DNA from: the human T2T-CHM13v2.0 reference genome, Homo sapiens
Length of the DNA: 64,000 nucleotides
Reading direction: 5' to 3'
NCBI GenBank assembly: GCA_009914755.4
Contig: CP068257.2
Coordinates: 576,001-640,000 of the forward strand
The stretch's first letter is position 1. The number at the start of each line of letters is the position of its first letter. A program made the position numbers and the translations under genes. The notes beneath the pieces were generated by a model. It made no database searches. It was not told the origin of the DNA and saw only the letters and a list, made by a program, of their open reading frames with translations. Positions 14,914 through 28,523 of this stretch are shown here, piece after piece.

Positions 14914-16955
14914 CTCTTGGATCTGCCTATGGGGGCATTGTGACAAATCTCTGCACTGATCACCCAGGTGATGTAACTGTTGTGTAACCTCTGCCTACAG
15001 GGGAATTGTGAGAGATCTCGCCACTGATCACCCAAGTGATGTAACCATTGTCTAGGCTTTGCGTACAGGGTGCTTTGTGACATACCTTTGCACTGATCAC
15101 CCAGGTGATGTAACACATCTAAGTTCGGCCTAAAGGAGCTTTGTGACATATCTCTGCACTGATCACTTAGGGGATGTAACACTTTTATAAGCACTGCCTA
15201 CAGGGAATTTTGACGAATCTCTGCACTGATCACCTAGGTGATGTAACTCTTGTCTACCCTCTGTCCAACGGGGCATTGTGAAATATCTCTGCACTGATCA
15301 CCCAGGTGATTCAACTCTTGACTAGGATCTGCCTACAGAGGTTATTGTGAAATATCTCTGCACTGATAAACTAAGTGGTGTAACCCTTGTCCAAGCTCTG
15401 CCTACAGGGGCGTTTTCACATATCCCTGAAGTGATGACAAAGGTGATGTAACTTTGCCTAGGCTTTGCCTACAGGGGACATTGGATATATGTCTGCACTG
15501 ATCACCCAGGTGATGCAACTCTTGCTTAGGCTTTGCCTACAGGGGACATTGTGACATATCTCTTCAATGATCTCCTATGTGATGCAACTCTTGCCTAGGC
15601 TTTGCCTACAGGGGACATTGTGACATATCTCTGCACTGATCTCCCAGGGGCTGTAACTTTAGTCTAGGCTCTGGCTACACGGCATTGTGACATATCACTG
15701 CACTGATCAACCAGGTGATATAACTCTTGTCTAGGCTCTGCCTCCAGGGGGCTTGTGACATATCTCTGCACTGATCACCCAGGTGATATAACTCTTCTCT
15801 AGGATCTGCCTACAGGGTGCTTTGTGACATATCCCTGCACTGATCACCCAGGTGATCTAACACTGGTCTAAGCTCTGCCTAAAGGGGCATTGTGACAGAT
15901 CTCTGCACTGATCACTCAAGTGATGTAACTGTTGTCTAGGCTCTGCTTAAAGAGTCCTTGTCACATATCTCTGCACTGGTCACCCAGGTGATGTAACTCT
16001 TGTTTAGGCTCTGCTTCCAGGGCATATTGTGACATATCTATGCACTGATCACCTTAGTGATGTAACCCTTGTGTAGGCTCGGCCTACAGGGGAATCTTGA
16101 CCTATCTCTGCACTGCTAACCGAGGTGATTTCACTCTTGGGTAGGCTGTGCCCACAGGGGGATTGAGACATATCTCTGCACTGATCCCGAAGTGATCCAA
16201 CTCTTGCCTGGTCTCTGCCTACTAGGGACATTGTGACATATCTCTGCCCTGATCTCCCAGGTGCTGTAACTTTAGTCTAGGCTCTGGCTACACGGCATTG
16301 TGACATACATCTGCACTGATCACCCACGTGATGTAACTCTTGCCTAGGCTCTGCCTACAATGGTCTTGTGACATATCACTGCACTGATCACCCAGGTGAT
16401 ATAACTGTTCTCTAGCATCTGACCACAGGGTGCTTTGTGACATATCCCTGCAATGATCACCCAGGAGATATAACTGTTCTCTGGGATCTGACCACAGGGT
16501 GTTTTTTGACTTATCCCTGCAATGATCACCCAGGTGATATAACACTTGCCAAGGCTCTGCCTACAGGGGCATTGCAATGTATCTCTGCACTGATCACCTA
16601 GGTCTTGTAACTCTTTTCTAGGATCTGCCTACAGGGTGCATTGTGACGTATCCCAGCAAGGATTACCCAGGTGCTGTACCTCTCATCAAGGCTCTGCCTG
16701 CAGGCACATTGCGATGTATCTCTGCACTGATCACCTAGGTCATGTAACTTTTGTCTACGCTCTGCCTACGATGGCACTGTGACATATCTCTGCACTAATC
16801 ATCCAAGTGATGTAACTCTTGTCTAAGATCTGCCTAAATTAACTTTGTGACATAACCCTGTAGTAATCATCCAGGTGATGGGGCTTTTGTCTAGGCTCTG
16901 CCTAAGGGGGCATTGTGACATATTTCTGCATTGATCACCCAGGTGGCGAACTCTT
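14914..16955. repeat. HOR copy 9 (30-mer, 2042 bp)
   Basis: Marker spacing. Confidence 0.8.
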
Positions 16956-18997
16956 CTCTTGGATCTGCCTATGGGGGCATTGTGACAAATCTCTGCACTG
17001 ATCACCCAGGTGATGTAACTGTTGTGTAACCTCTGCCTACAGGGGAATTGGGAGAGATCTCGCCACTGATCACCCAAGTGATGTAACCATTGTCTAGGCT
17101 TTGCGTACAGGGTGCTTTGTGACATACCTTTGCACTGATCACCCAGGTGATGTAACACATCTAAGTTCGGCCTAAAGGAGCTTTGTGACATATCTCTGCA
17201 CTGATCACTTAGGTGATGTAACACTTTTGTAAGCACTGTCTACAGGGAATTTTGACGAATCTCTGCACTGATCACCTAGGTGATGTAACTCTTGTCTACC
17301 CTCTGTCCAACGGGGCATTGTGAAATATCTCTGCACTGATCACCCAGGTGATTCAACTCTTGACTAGGATCTGCCTACAGAGGTTATTGTGAAATATCTC
17401 TTCACTGATAAACTAAGTGGTGTAACCCTTGTCCAAGCTCTGCCTACAGGGGCGTTTTCACATATCCCTGAAGTGATGACAAAGGTGATGTAACTTTGCC
17501 TAGGCTTTGCCTACAGGGGACAATGGACATATATCTGCACTGATCACCCAGGTGATGCAATTCTTGCCTAGGCTTTGCCTACAGGGGACATTGTGACATA
17601 TCTCTTCAATGATCACCGTTGTGATGCAACTCTTGCCTAGGCTTTGCCTACAGGGGACATTGTGACATATCTCTGCACTGATCTCCCAGGGGCTGTAACT
17701 TTAGTCTAGGCTCTGGCTACACGGCATTGTGACATATCACTGCACTGATCAACCAGGTGATATAACTCTTGTCTAGGCTCTGCCTCCAGGGGGCTTGTGA
17801 CATATCTCTGCACTGATCACCCAGGTGATATAACTCTTCTCTAGGATCTGCCCACAGGGTGCTTTGTGACATATCCCTGCACTGATCACCCAGGTGATCT
17901 AACACTGGTCTAAGCTCTGCCTAAAGGGGCATTGTGACAGATCTCTGCACTGATCACTCAGGTGATGTAACTGTTGTCTAGGCTCTGCTTAAAGAGGCCT
18001 TGTCACATATCTCTGCACTGGTCACCCAGGTGATGTAACTCTTGTCTAGGCTCTGCTTCCAGGGCATATTGTGACATATCTATGCACTGATCACCTTAGT
18101 GATGTAACCCTTGTGTAGGCTCGGCCTACAGGAGAATCTTGACCTATCTCTGCACTACTAACCGAGGTGATTTCACTCTTGTGTAGGCTGTGCCCACAGG
18201 GGGATTGAGACATATCTTTGCACTGATCCCGAAGTGATCCAACTCTTGCCTGGTCTCTGCCTACTAGGGACATTGTGACATATCTCTGCACTGATCTCCC
18301 AGGTGCTGTAACTTTAGTCTAGGCTCTGGCTACACGGCATTGTGACATACCTCTGCACTGATCACCCACGTGATGTAACTCTTGCCTAGGCTCTGCCTAC
18401 AATGGTCTTGTGACATATCTCTGCACTGATCACCCAGGTGATATAACTGTTCTCTAGCATCTGACCACAGGGTGCTTTGTGACATATCCCTGCAATGATC
18501 ACCCAGGTGATATAACTGTTCTCTAGGATCTGACCACAGGGTGTTTTGTGACTTATCCCTGCAATGATCACCCAGGTGATATACCACTTGCCAAGGCTGT
18601 GCCTACAGGGGCATTGCAATGTATCTCTGCACTGATCACCTAGGTCTTGTAACTCTTTTCTAGGATCTGCCTACAGGGTGCTTTGTGACGTATCCCAGCA
18701 AGGATTACCCAGGTGCTGTACCTCTCATCAAGGCTCTGCCTGCAGGCACATTGCGATGTATCTCTGCACTGATCACCTAGGTCATGTAACTTTTGTCTAC
18801 GCTCTGCCTACGATGGCATTGTGACATATCTCTGCACTAATCATCCAAGTGATGTAACTCTTGTCTAAGATCTGCCTAAATTAACTTTGTGACATAACCC
18901 TGTAGTAATCATCCAGGTGATGGGGCTTTTGTCTAGGCTCTGCCTAAGGGGGCATTGTGACATATTTCTGCATTGATCACCCAGGTGGCGAACTCTT
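16956..18997. repeat. HOR copy 10 (30-mer, 2042 bp)
   Basis: Marker spacing. Confidence 0.8.
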
Positions 18998-20970
18998 CTC
19001 TTGGATCTGCCTATGGGGGCATTGTGACAAATCTCTGCACTGATCACCCAGGTGATGTAACTGTTGTGTAACCTCTGCCTACAGGGGAATTGGGAGAGAT
19101 CTCGCCACTGATCTCCCAAGTGATGTAACCATTGTCTAGGCTTTGCGTACAGGGTGCTTTGTGACATACCTTTGCACTGATCACCCAGGTGATGTAACAC
19201 ATCTAAGTTCGGCCTAAAGGAGCTTTGTGACATACCTCTGCACTCATCACTTACGTGATGTAACACTTTTATAAGCACTGCCTACAGGGAATTTTGACAA
19301 ATCTCTGCACTGATCACCTAGGTGATGTAACTCTTGTCTACCCTCTGTCCAACGGGGCATTGTGAAATATCTCTGCACTGATCACCCAGGTGATTCAACT
19401 CTTGACTAGGATCTGCCTACAGAGGTTATTGTGAAATATCTCTGCACTGATAAACTAAGTGGTGTAACCCTTGTCAAAGCTCTGCCTACAGGGGCGTTTT
19501 CACATATCCCTGAAGTGATGAGAAAGGTGATGTAACATTGCCAAGGGTTTGCCTACAGGGGACATTGGACATATATCTGCACTGACCACCCAGGTGATGC
19601 AACTCTTGCCTAGGCTTTGCCTACAGGGGACAGTGTGACATATCTCCGCACTGATCTCCCAGGGGCTGTAACTTTAGTCTAGGCTCTGGCTACACGGCAT
19701 TGTGACATATCACTGCACTGATCAACCAGGTGATATAACCCTTGTCTAGCCTCTGCCTCCAGGGGGCTTGTGACATATCTCTGCACTGATCACCCAGGTG
19801 ATATAACTCTTCTCTAGGATCTGCCTACAGGGTGCTTTGTGACATATCCCTGCACTGATCACCCAGGTGATCTAACACTGGTCTAAGCTCTGCCTAAAGG
19901 GGCATTGTGACAGATCTCTGCACTGATCACTCAGGTGATGTAACTGTTGTCTAGGCTCTGCTTAAAGAGGTCTTGTCACATATCTCTGCACTGGTCACCC
20001 AGGTGATGTAACTCTTGTCTAGGCTCTGCTTCCAGGCCATATTGTAACATATCTATGCACTGATCACCTTAGTGATGTAACACTTGTGTAGGCTCGGCCT
20101 ACAGGGGAATCTTGACCTATCTCTGCACTGTTAACCGAGGTGATTTAACTCTTGTCTAGGCTGTGCCCACAGGGGGATTGAGACATATCTCTGCACTGAT
20201 CCCGAAGTGATCCAAATCTTGCCTGGTCTCTGCCTACTAGGGACATTGTGACATATCTCTGCACTGATCTCCCAGGTGCTGTAACTTTAGTCTAGGCTCT
20301 GGCTACACGGCATTGTGACATATCTCTGCACTGATCACCCACGTGATGTAACTCTTGCCTAGGCTCTGCCTACAATGGTCTTGTTACATATCTCTGCACT
20401 GATCACCCAGGTGGTATAACTGTTCTCTAGGATCTGACCACAGGGTGCTTTGTGACATATCCCTGCAATGATCACCCAGGTGATATAACTGTTCTCTAGG
20501 ATCTGACCACAGGGTGTTTTGTGACTTATCCCTACAATGATCACCCAGGTGATATTCCACTTGCCAAGGCTCTGCCTACAGGGGCATTGCAATGTGTCTC
20601 TGCACTGATCACCTAGGTCTTGTAACTCTTTTCTAGGATCTGCCTACAGGGTGCTTTGTGACGTATCCCAGCAAGGATTACTCAGGTGCTGTACCTCTCA
20701 TCAAGGCTCTGCCTGCAGGCACATTGCGATGTATCTCTGCACTGATCACCTAGGTAGTGTAACTTTTGTCTACGCTCTGCCTACGATGGCATTGTGACAT
20801 ATCTCTGCACTAGTCATCCAAATTATGTAACTCTTGTCTAGGATCTGCCTAAATTAACTTTGTGACATAACCCTGTAGTGATCATCCAGGTGATGGGGCT
20901 TTTGTCTAGGCTCTGCCTAAGGGGGCATTGTGACATATTTCTGCATTGATCACCCAGGTGGCGAACTCTT
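18998..20970. repeat. HOR copy 11 (29-mer, 1973 bp; one monomer lost at about 19645)
   Basis: Marker spacing 1973. The junction gacagtgtgacatatctccgcactgatctcccagg lacks the cttcaatgatcacccatgtgatgcaac monomer. Confidence 0.8.
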
Positions 20971-23012
20971 CTCTCGGATCTGCCTATGGGGGCATTGTGA
21001 AAAATCTCTGCACTGATCACCCAGGTGATGTAACTGTTGTGTAACCTCTGCCTACAGGGGAATTGTGAGAGATCTCGCCACTGATCACCCAAGTGATGTA
21101 ACCATTGTCTAGGCTTTGCGTACAGGGTGCTTTGGGACATACCTTTGCACTGATCACCCAGGTGATGTAACACATCTAAGTTCGGCCTAAAGGAGCTTTG
21201 TGACATATCTCTGCACTCATCACTTAGGTGATGTAACACTTTTATAAGCACTGCCTACAGGGAATTTTGACGAATCTCTGCACTGATCACCTAGGTGATG
21301 TAACTCTTGTCTACCCTCTGTCCAACGGGGCATTGTGAAATATCTCTGCACTGATCACCCAGGTGATTCAACTCTTGACTAGGATCTGCCTACAGAGGTT
21401 ATTGTGAAATATCTCTGCACTGATAAACTAAGTGGTGTAACCCTTGTGCAAGCTCTGCCTACAGGGGCGTTTTCACATATCCCTGAAGTGATGACAAAGG
21501 TGATGTAACTTTGTCTAGGCTTTGCCTACAAGGGACATTGGACATATATCTACACTGATCACACAGGTGATGCAACTCTTGCCTAGGCTTTGCCTACAGG
21601 GGACATTGTGACATATCTCTTCAATGATCACCCATGTGATGCAACTCTTGCCTAGGCTTTGCCTACAGGGGACATTGTGACATATCTCTGCACTGTTCTC
21701 CCAGGGGCTGTAACTTTAGTCGAGGCTCTGGCTACACGGCATTGTGACATGTCACTGCACTGATCAACCAGGTGATATAACTCTTGTCTAGGCTCTGCCT
21801 CCAGGGGGCTTGTGACATATTTCTGCACTGATCACCCAGGTGATATAACTCTTCTCTAGGATCTGCCTACAGGGTGCTTTGTGACATATCCCTGCACTGA
21901 TCACCCAGATGATCTAACACTGGTCTAAGCTCTGTCTAAAAGGGCATTGTGACAGATCTCTGCACTGATCACTCAGGTGATGTAACTGTTGTCTATTCTC
22001 TGCTTAAAGAGGCCTTGTCACATATCTCTGCACTGGTCACCCAGGTGATGTAACTCTTGTCTAGGCTCTGCTTCCAGGGCATATTGTGACATATCTATGC
22101 ACTGATCACCTTAGTGATGTAACCCTTGTGTAGGCTCGGCCTACAGGGGAATCTTGACCTATCTCTGCACTGTTAACCGAGGTGATTTAACTCTTGTCTA
22201 GGCTGTGCCCACAGGGGGATTGAGACATATCTCTGCACTGATCCCGAAGTGATCCAACTCTTGCCTGGTCTCTGCCTACTAGGGACATTGTGACATATCT
22301 CTGCACTGATCTCCCAGGTGCTGTAAATTTAGTCTAGGCTCTGGCTACACGGCATTGTGACATATCTCTGCACAGATCACCCACGTGATGTAACTCGTGC
22401 CTAGGCTCTGCCTACAATGCTCTTGTGACATATCTCTGCACTGATCACCCAGGTGATATAACTGTTCTCTAGGATCTGACCACAGGGTGCTTTGTGACAT
22501 ATCCCTGCAATGATCACCCAGGTGATATAACTGTTCTCTAGGATCTGACCACAGGGTGTTTTGTGACTTATCCCTGCAATGATCACCCAGGTGATATAAC
22601 ACTTGCCAAGGCTCTGCCTACAGGGGAATTGCAATGTATCTCTGCACTGATCACCTAGGTCTTGTAACTCTTTTCTAGGATCTGCCTACAGGGTGCTTTG
22701 TGACGTATCCCAGCAAGGATTACTCAGGTGCTGTACCTCTCATCAAGGCTCTGCCTGCAGGCACATTGCTATGTATCTCTGCACTGATCACCTAGGTCAT
22801 GTAACTTTTGTCTAGGCTCTGCCTACGATGGCATTGTGACCTATCTCTGCACTAATCATCCAAGTGATGTAGCTCTTGTCTAGGATCTGCCTAAATTAAC
22901 TTTGTGACATAACCCTGTAGTGATCATCCAGGTGATGGGGCTTTTGTCTAGGCTCTGCCTAAGGGGGCGTTGTGACATATTTCTGCATTGATCACCCAGG
23001 TGGCGAACTCTT
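20971..23012. repeat. HOR copy 12 (30-mer, 2042 bp)
   Basis: Marker spacing. Confidence 0.8.
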
Positions 23013-25054
23013 CTCTTGGATCTGCCTATAGGGGCATTGTGACAAATCTCTGCACTGATCACCCAGGTGATGTAACTGTTGTGTAACCTCTGCCTACAGG
23101 GGAATTGGGAGAGATCTCGCCACTGATCACCCAAGTGATGTAACCATTGTCTAGGCTTTGCGTACAGGGTGCTTTGTGACATACCTTTGCACTGATCACC
23201 CAGGTGATGTAACACATCTAAGTTCGGCCTAAAGGAGCTTTGTGACATATCTCTGCACTCATCACTTAGGTGATGTAACACTTTTATAAGCACTGCCTAC
23301 AGGGAATTTTGACGAATCTCTGCACTGATCACCTAGGTGATGTAACTCTTGTCTACCCTCTGTCCAACGGGGCATTGTGAAATATCTCTGCACTGATCAC
23401 CCAGGTGATTCAACTCTTGACTAGGATCTGCCTACAGAGGTTATTGTGAAATATCTCTGCACTGATAAACTAAGTGGTGTAACCCTTGTCCAAGCTCTGC
23501 CTACAGGGGCGTTTTCACATATCCCTGAAGTGATGACAAAGGTGATGTAACTTTGCCTAGGCTTTGCCTAAAGGGGACATTGGACATATATCTGCACTGA
23601 TCACCCAGGTGATGCAACTCTTGCCTAGGCTTTGCCTACAGGGGACATTGTGACATATCTCTTCAATGATCACCCATGTGATGCAACTCTTACCTAGGCT
23701 ATGCCTACAGGGGACATTTTGACATATCTCTGTACTGATCTCCCATGGGCTGTAACTTTAGTCTAGGCTCTGGCTACACGGCATTGTGACATATCACTGC
23801 ACTGATCAACCAGGTGATATAACTCTTGTCTAGGCTCTGCCTCCAGGGGGCTTGTGACATATCTCTGCACAGATCACCCAGGTGATATAACTCTTCTCTA
23901 GGATCTGCCTACAGGGTGCTTTGTGACATATCCCTGCACTGATCACCCAGGTGATCTAGCACTGGTCTATGCTCTGCCTAAAGGGGAATTGTGACAGATC
24001 TCTGCACTGATCACTCAGGTGATGTAACTGTTGTCTATTCTCTGCTTAAAGAGGCCTTATCACATATCTCTGCACTGGTCACCCAGGTGATGTAACTCTT
24101 GTCTAGGCTCTGCTTCCAGGGCATATTGTGACATATCTATGCACTGATCACCTTAGTGATGTAACCCTTGTGTAGGCTCGGCCTACAGGGGAATCTTGAC
24201 CTATCTCTGCACTGTTAACCGAGGTGATTTAACTCTTGTCTAGGCTGTGCCCACAGGGGGATTGAGACATATCTCTGCACTGATCCCGAAGTGATCCAAC
24301 TCTTGCCTGGTCTCTGCCTACTAGGGACATTGTGACATATCTCTGCACTGATCTCCCAGGTGCTGTAAATTTAGTCTAGGCTCTGGCTACACGGCATTGT
24401 GACATATCTCTGCACAGATCACCCACGTGATGTAACTCGTGCCTAGGCTCTGCCTACAATGCTCTTGTGACATATCTCTGCACTGATCACCCAGGTGATA
24501 TAACTGTTCTCTAGGATCTGACCACAGGGTGCTTTGTGACATATCCCTGCAATGATCACCCAGGTGATATAACTGTTCTCTAGGATCTGACCACAGGGTG
24601 TTTTGTGACTTATCCCTGCAATGATCACCCAGGTGATATAACACTTGCCAAGGCTCTGCCTACAGGGGAATTGCAATGTATCTCTGCACTGATCACCTAG
24701 GTCTTGTAACTCTTTTCTAGGATCTGCCTACAGGGTGCTTTGTGACGTATCCCAGCAAGGATTTCTCAGGTGCTGTACCTCTCATCAAGGCTCTGCCTGC
24801 AGGCACATTGCTATGTATCTCTGCACTGATCACCTAGGTCATGTAACTTTTGTCTAGGCTCTGCCTACGATGGCATTGTGACCTATCTCTGCACTAATCA
24901 TCCAAGTGATGTAGCTCTTGTCTAGGATCTGCCTAAATTAACTTTGTGACATAACCCTGTAGTGATCAACCAGGTGATGGGGCTTTTGTCTAGGCTCTGC
25001 CTAAGGGGGCGTTGTGACATATTTCTGCATTGATCACCCAGGTGGCGAACTCTT
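23013..25054. repeat. HOR copy 13 (30-mer, 2042 bp)
   Basis: Marker spacing. It is nearly identical to copy 12 at an offset of 2042 bp and shares many private variants with it. Confidence 0.8.
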
Positions 25055-27094
25055 CTCTTGGATCTGCCTATAGGGGCATTGTGACAAATCTCTGCACTGA
25101 TCACCCAGGTGATGTAACTGTTGTGTAACCTCTGCCTACAGGGGAATTGTGAGAGATCTCGCCACTGATCACCCAAGTGATGTAACCATTGTCTAGGCTT
25201 TGCGTACAGGGTGCTTTGTGACATACCTTTGCACTGATCACCCAGGTGATGTAACACATCTAAGTTCGGCCTAAAGGAGCTTTGTGACATATCTCTGCAC
25301 TCATCACTTAGGTGATGTAACACTTTTATAAGCACTGCCTACAGGGAATTTTGACGAATCTCTGCACTGATCACCTAGGTGATGTAACTCTTGTCTACCC
25401 TCTGTCCAACGGGGCATTGTGAAATATCTCTGCACTGATCACCCAGGTGATTCAACTCTTGACTAGGATCTGCCTACAGAGGTTATTGTGAAATATCTCT
25501 GCACTGATAAACTAAGTGGTGTAACCCCTGTCCAAGCTCTGCCTACAGGGGCGTTTTCACATATCCCTGAAGTGATGACAAAGGTGATGTAACTTTGCCT
25601 AGGCTTTGCCTAAAGGGGACATTGGACATATATCTGCACTGATCACCCAGGTGATGCAACTCTTGCCTAGGCTTTGCCTACAGGGTCATTGTGACATATC
25701 TCTTCAATGATCACCCCTGTGATGCAACTCTTGCCTAGGCTTTGCCTACAGGGGACATTGTGACATATCTCTGTACTGATCTCCCATGGGCTGTAACTTT
25801 AGTCTAGGCTCTGGCTACACGGCATTGTGACATATCACTGCACTGATCAACCAGGTGATATAACTCTTGTCTAGGCTCTGCCTCCAGGGGGCTTGTGACA
25901 TATCTCTGCACAGATCACCCAGGTGATATAACTCTTCTCTAGGATCTGCCTACAGGGTGCTTTGTGACATATCCCTGCACTGATCACCCAGGTGATCTAA
26001 CACTGGTCTATGCTCTGCCTAAAGGGGAATTGTGACAGATCTCTGCACTGATCACTCAAGTGATGTAACTGTTGTCTAGGCTCTGCTTAAAGAGGCCTTG
26101 TCACATATCTCTGCACTGGTCACCCAGGTGATGTAACTCTTGTCTAGGCTCTGCTTCCAGGGCATATTGTGACATATCTATGCACTGATCACCTTAGTGA
26201 TGTAACCCTTGTGTAGGCTCGGCCTACAGGGGAATCTTGACCTATCTCTGCACTGTTAACCGAGGTGATTTAACTCTTGTCTAGGCTGTGCCCACAGGGG
26301 GATTGAGACATATCTCTGCACTGATCCCGAAGTGATCCAACTCTTGCCTAGTCTCTGCCTACTAGGGACATTGTGACATATCTCTGCACTGATCTCCCAG
26401 GTGCTGTAACTTTAGTCTAGGCTCTGGCTACACGGCATTGTGACATATCACTGCACTGATCACCCACGTGATGTAACTCTTGCCTAGGCTCTGCCTACAA
26501 TTGTCTTGTGACATATCTCTGCACTGATCACCCAGGTGATATAACTGTTCTCTAGGATCTGACCACAGGGTGCTTTGTGACATATCCTTGCAATGATCAC
26601 CCAGGTGATATAACTGTTCTCTAGGATCTGACCACAGGGTGTATTGTGACTTATCCCTGCAATGATCACCCAGGTGATATACCACTTGCCAAGGCTCTGC
26701 CTACAGGGGCATTGCAATGTATCTCTGCACTGATCACCTAGGTCTTGTATCTTTTTTCTAGGACCTGCCTACAGGGTGCTTTGTGACGTATCCCAGCAAG
26801 GATTACTCAGGTGTTGTACCTCTCATCAAGGCTCTGCCTGCAGGCACATTGCGATGTATCTCTGCACTGATCACCTAGGTCATGTAACTTTTGTCTACGC
26901 TCTGCCTACGATGGCATTGTGACATATCTCTGCCTAATCATCCAAATGATGTAGCTCTTGTCTAGGATCTGCCTAAATTAACTTTGTGACATAACCCTGT
27001 AGTGATCATCCAGGTGATGGGGCTTTTGATTAGGCTCTGCCTAAGGGGGCATTGTGACATATTTCTGCATTGATCACCCAGGTGGCGAACTCTT
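25055..27094. repeat. HOR copy 14 (30-mer, 2040 bp)
   Basis: Marker spacing. Confidence 0.8.
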
Positions 27095-28523
27095 GTCTCG
27101 GATCTGACTATGGGGGCATTGTGACAAATCTCTGCACTGATCACCCAGGTGATGTAACTGTTGCGTAACCTCTGCCTACAGGGGAATTGTGAGAGATCTC
27201 GCCACTGATCACCCAAGTGATGTAACCATTGTCTAGGCTTTGCGTACAGGGTGCTTTGTGACATACCTTTGCACTGATCACCCAGGTGATGTAACACATC
27301 TAAGTTCGGCCTAAAGGAGCTTTGTGACATATCTCTGCACTCATCACTTAGGTGATGTAACACTTTTATAAGCACTGCCTACAGGGAATTTTGACAAATC
27401 TCTGCACTGATCACCTAGGTGATGTAACTCTTGTCTACCCTCTGTCCAACGGGGCATTGTGAAATATCTCTGCACTGATCACCCAGGTGATTCAACTCTT
27501 GACTAGGATCTGCCTACAGAGTTTATTGTGAAATATTTCTCCACTGATAAACTAAGTGGTGTAACCCTTGCCCATGCTCTGCCTACAGGGGCGTTTTCAC
27601 ATATCCCTGAAGTGATGACAAAGGTGATGTAACTTTGCCTAGGCTTTGCCTACAGGGGACATTGGACATATATCTGCACTGATCACCCAGGTGATGCAAC
27701 TCTTGCCTAGGCTTTGCCTACAGGGGACATTGTGACATATCTCTTCAATGATCACCCATGTGATGCAACTCTTCCCTAGGCTTTGCCTACAGGGGACATT
27801 GTGATATATCCCTGCACTGATCTCCCAGGGGCTGTAACTTTAGTCTAGGCTCTGGCTACACGGCATTGTGACATATCCCTGCACTGATCACCCGCGTGAT
27901 GTAACTCTTGCCTAGGCTCTGCCTACAATGGTCTTGTGACATATCTCTGCACTGATCACCCAGGTGATATAACTGTTCTCTAGGATCTGACCACAGGGTG
28001 CTTTGTGACATATCCCTGCAATGATCACCCAGGTGATATAACTGTTCTCTAGGATCTGACCACAGGGTGTTTTGTGACTTATCCCTGCAATGATCCCCCA
28101 GGTGATATACCACTTGCCAAGGCTCTGCCTACAGGGGCATTGCAATGTGTCTCTGCACTGATCACCTAGGTCTTGTAACTATTTTCTAGGATCTGCCTAC
28201 AGGGTGCTTTGTGACGTATCCCAGCAAGGATTACTCAGGTGCTGTACCTCTCATCAAGGCTCTGCCTGCAGGCACATTGCGATGTATCTCTGCACTGATC
28301 ACCTAGGTCATGTAACTTTTGTCTACGCTCTGCCTACGATGGCATTGTGACATATCTCTGCACTAATCATCCAAGTGATGTAACTCTTGTCTAGGATCTG
28401 CCTAAATTAACTTTGTGACATAACCCTGTAGTGATCATCCAGGTGATGGGGCTTTTATCTAGGCTCTGCCTAAGGGGGCATTGTGACATATTTCTGCATT
28501 GATCACCCAGGTGGCGAACCCTT
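27095..28523. repeat. HOR copy 15 (21-mer, 1429 bp; 9-monomer deletion)
   Basis: Marker spacing 1429. The offset of the ORF pair at 27856/27912 from the marker is 612 bp shorter than in copy 14. Confidence 0.75.

Noticed and set aside
19600-19700. Shared ctccgc junction variant in copy 11 and copy 19 as evidence that the A-domain 29-mer and the B-prime 28-mer derive from one deletion event
   Set aside because: The two copies otherwise carry different family variants (caggggctgtaactttag against caggtgttgtaacattag), and copy 19 has an extra 2-bp deletion. The shared T to C change could be an independent mutation at a new CpG context. The evidence is too weak to assert common origin, so it is noted inside the hotspot finding only.
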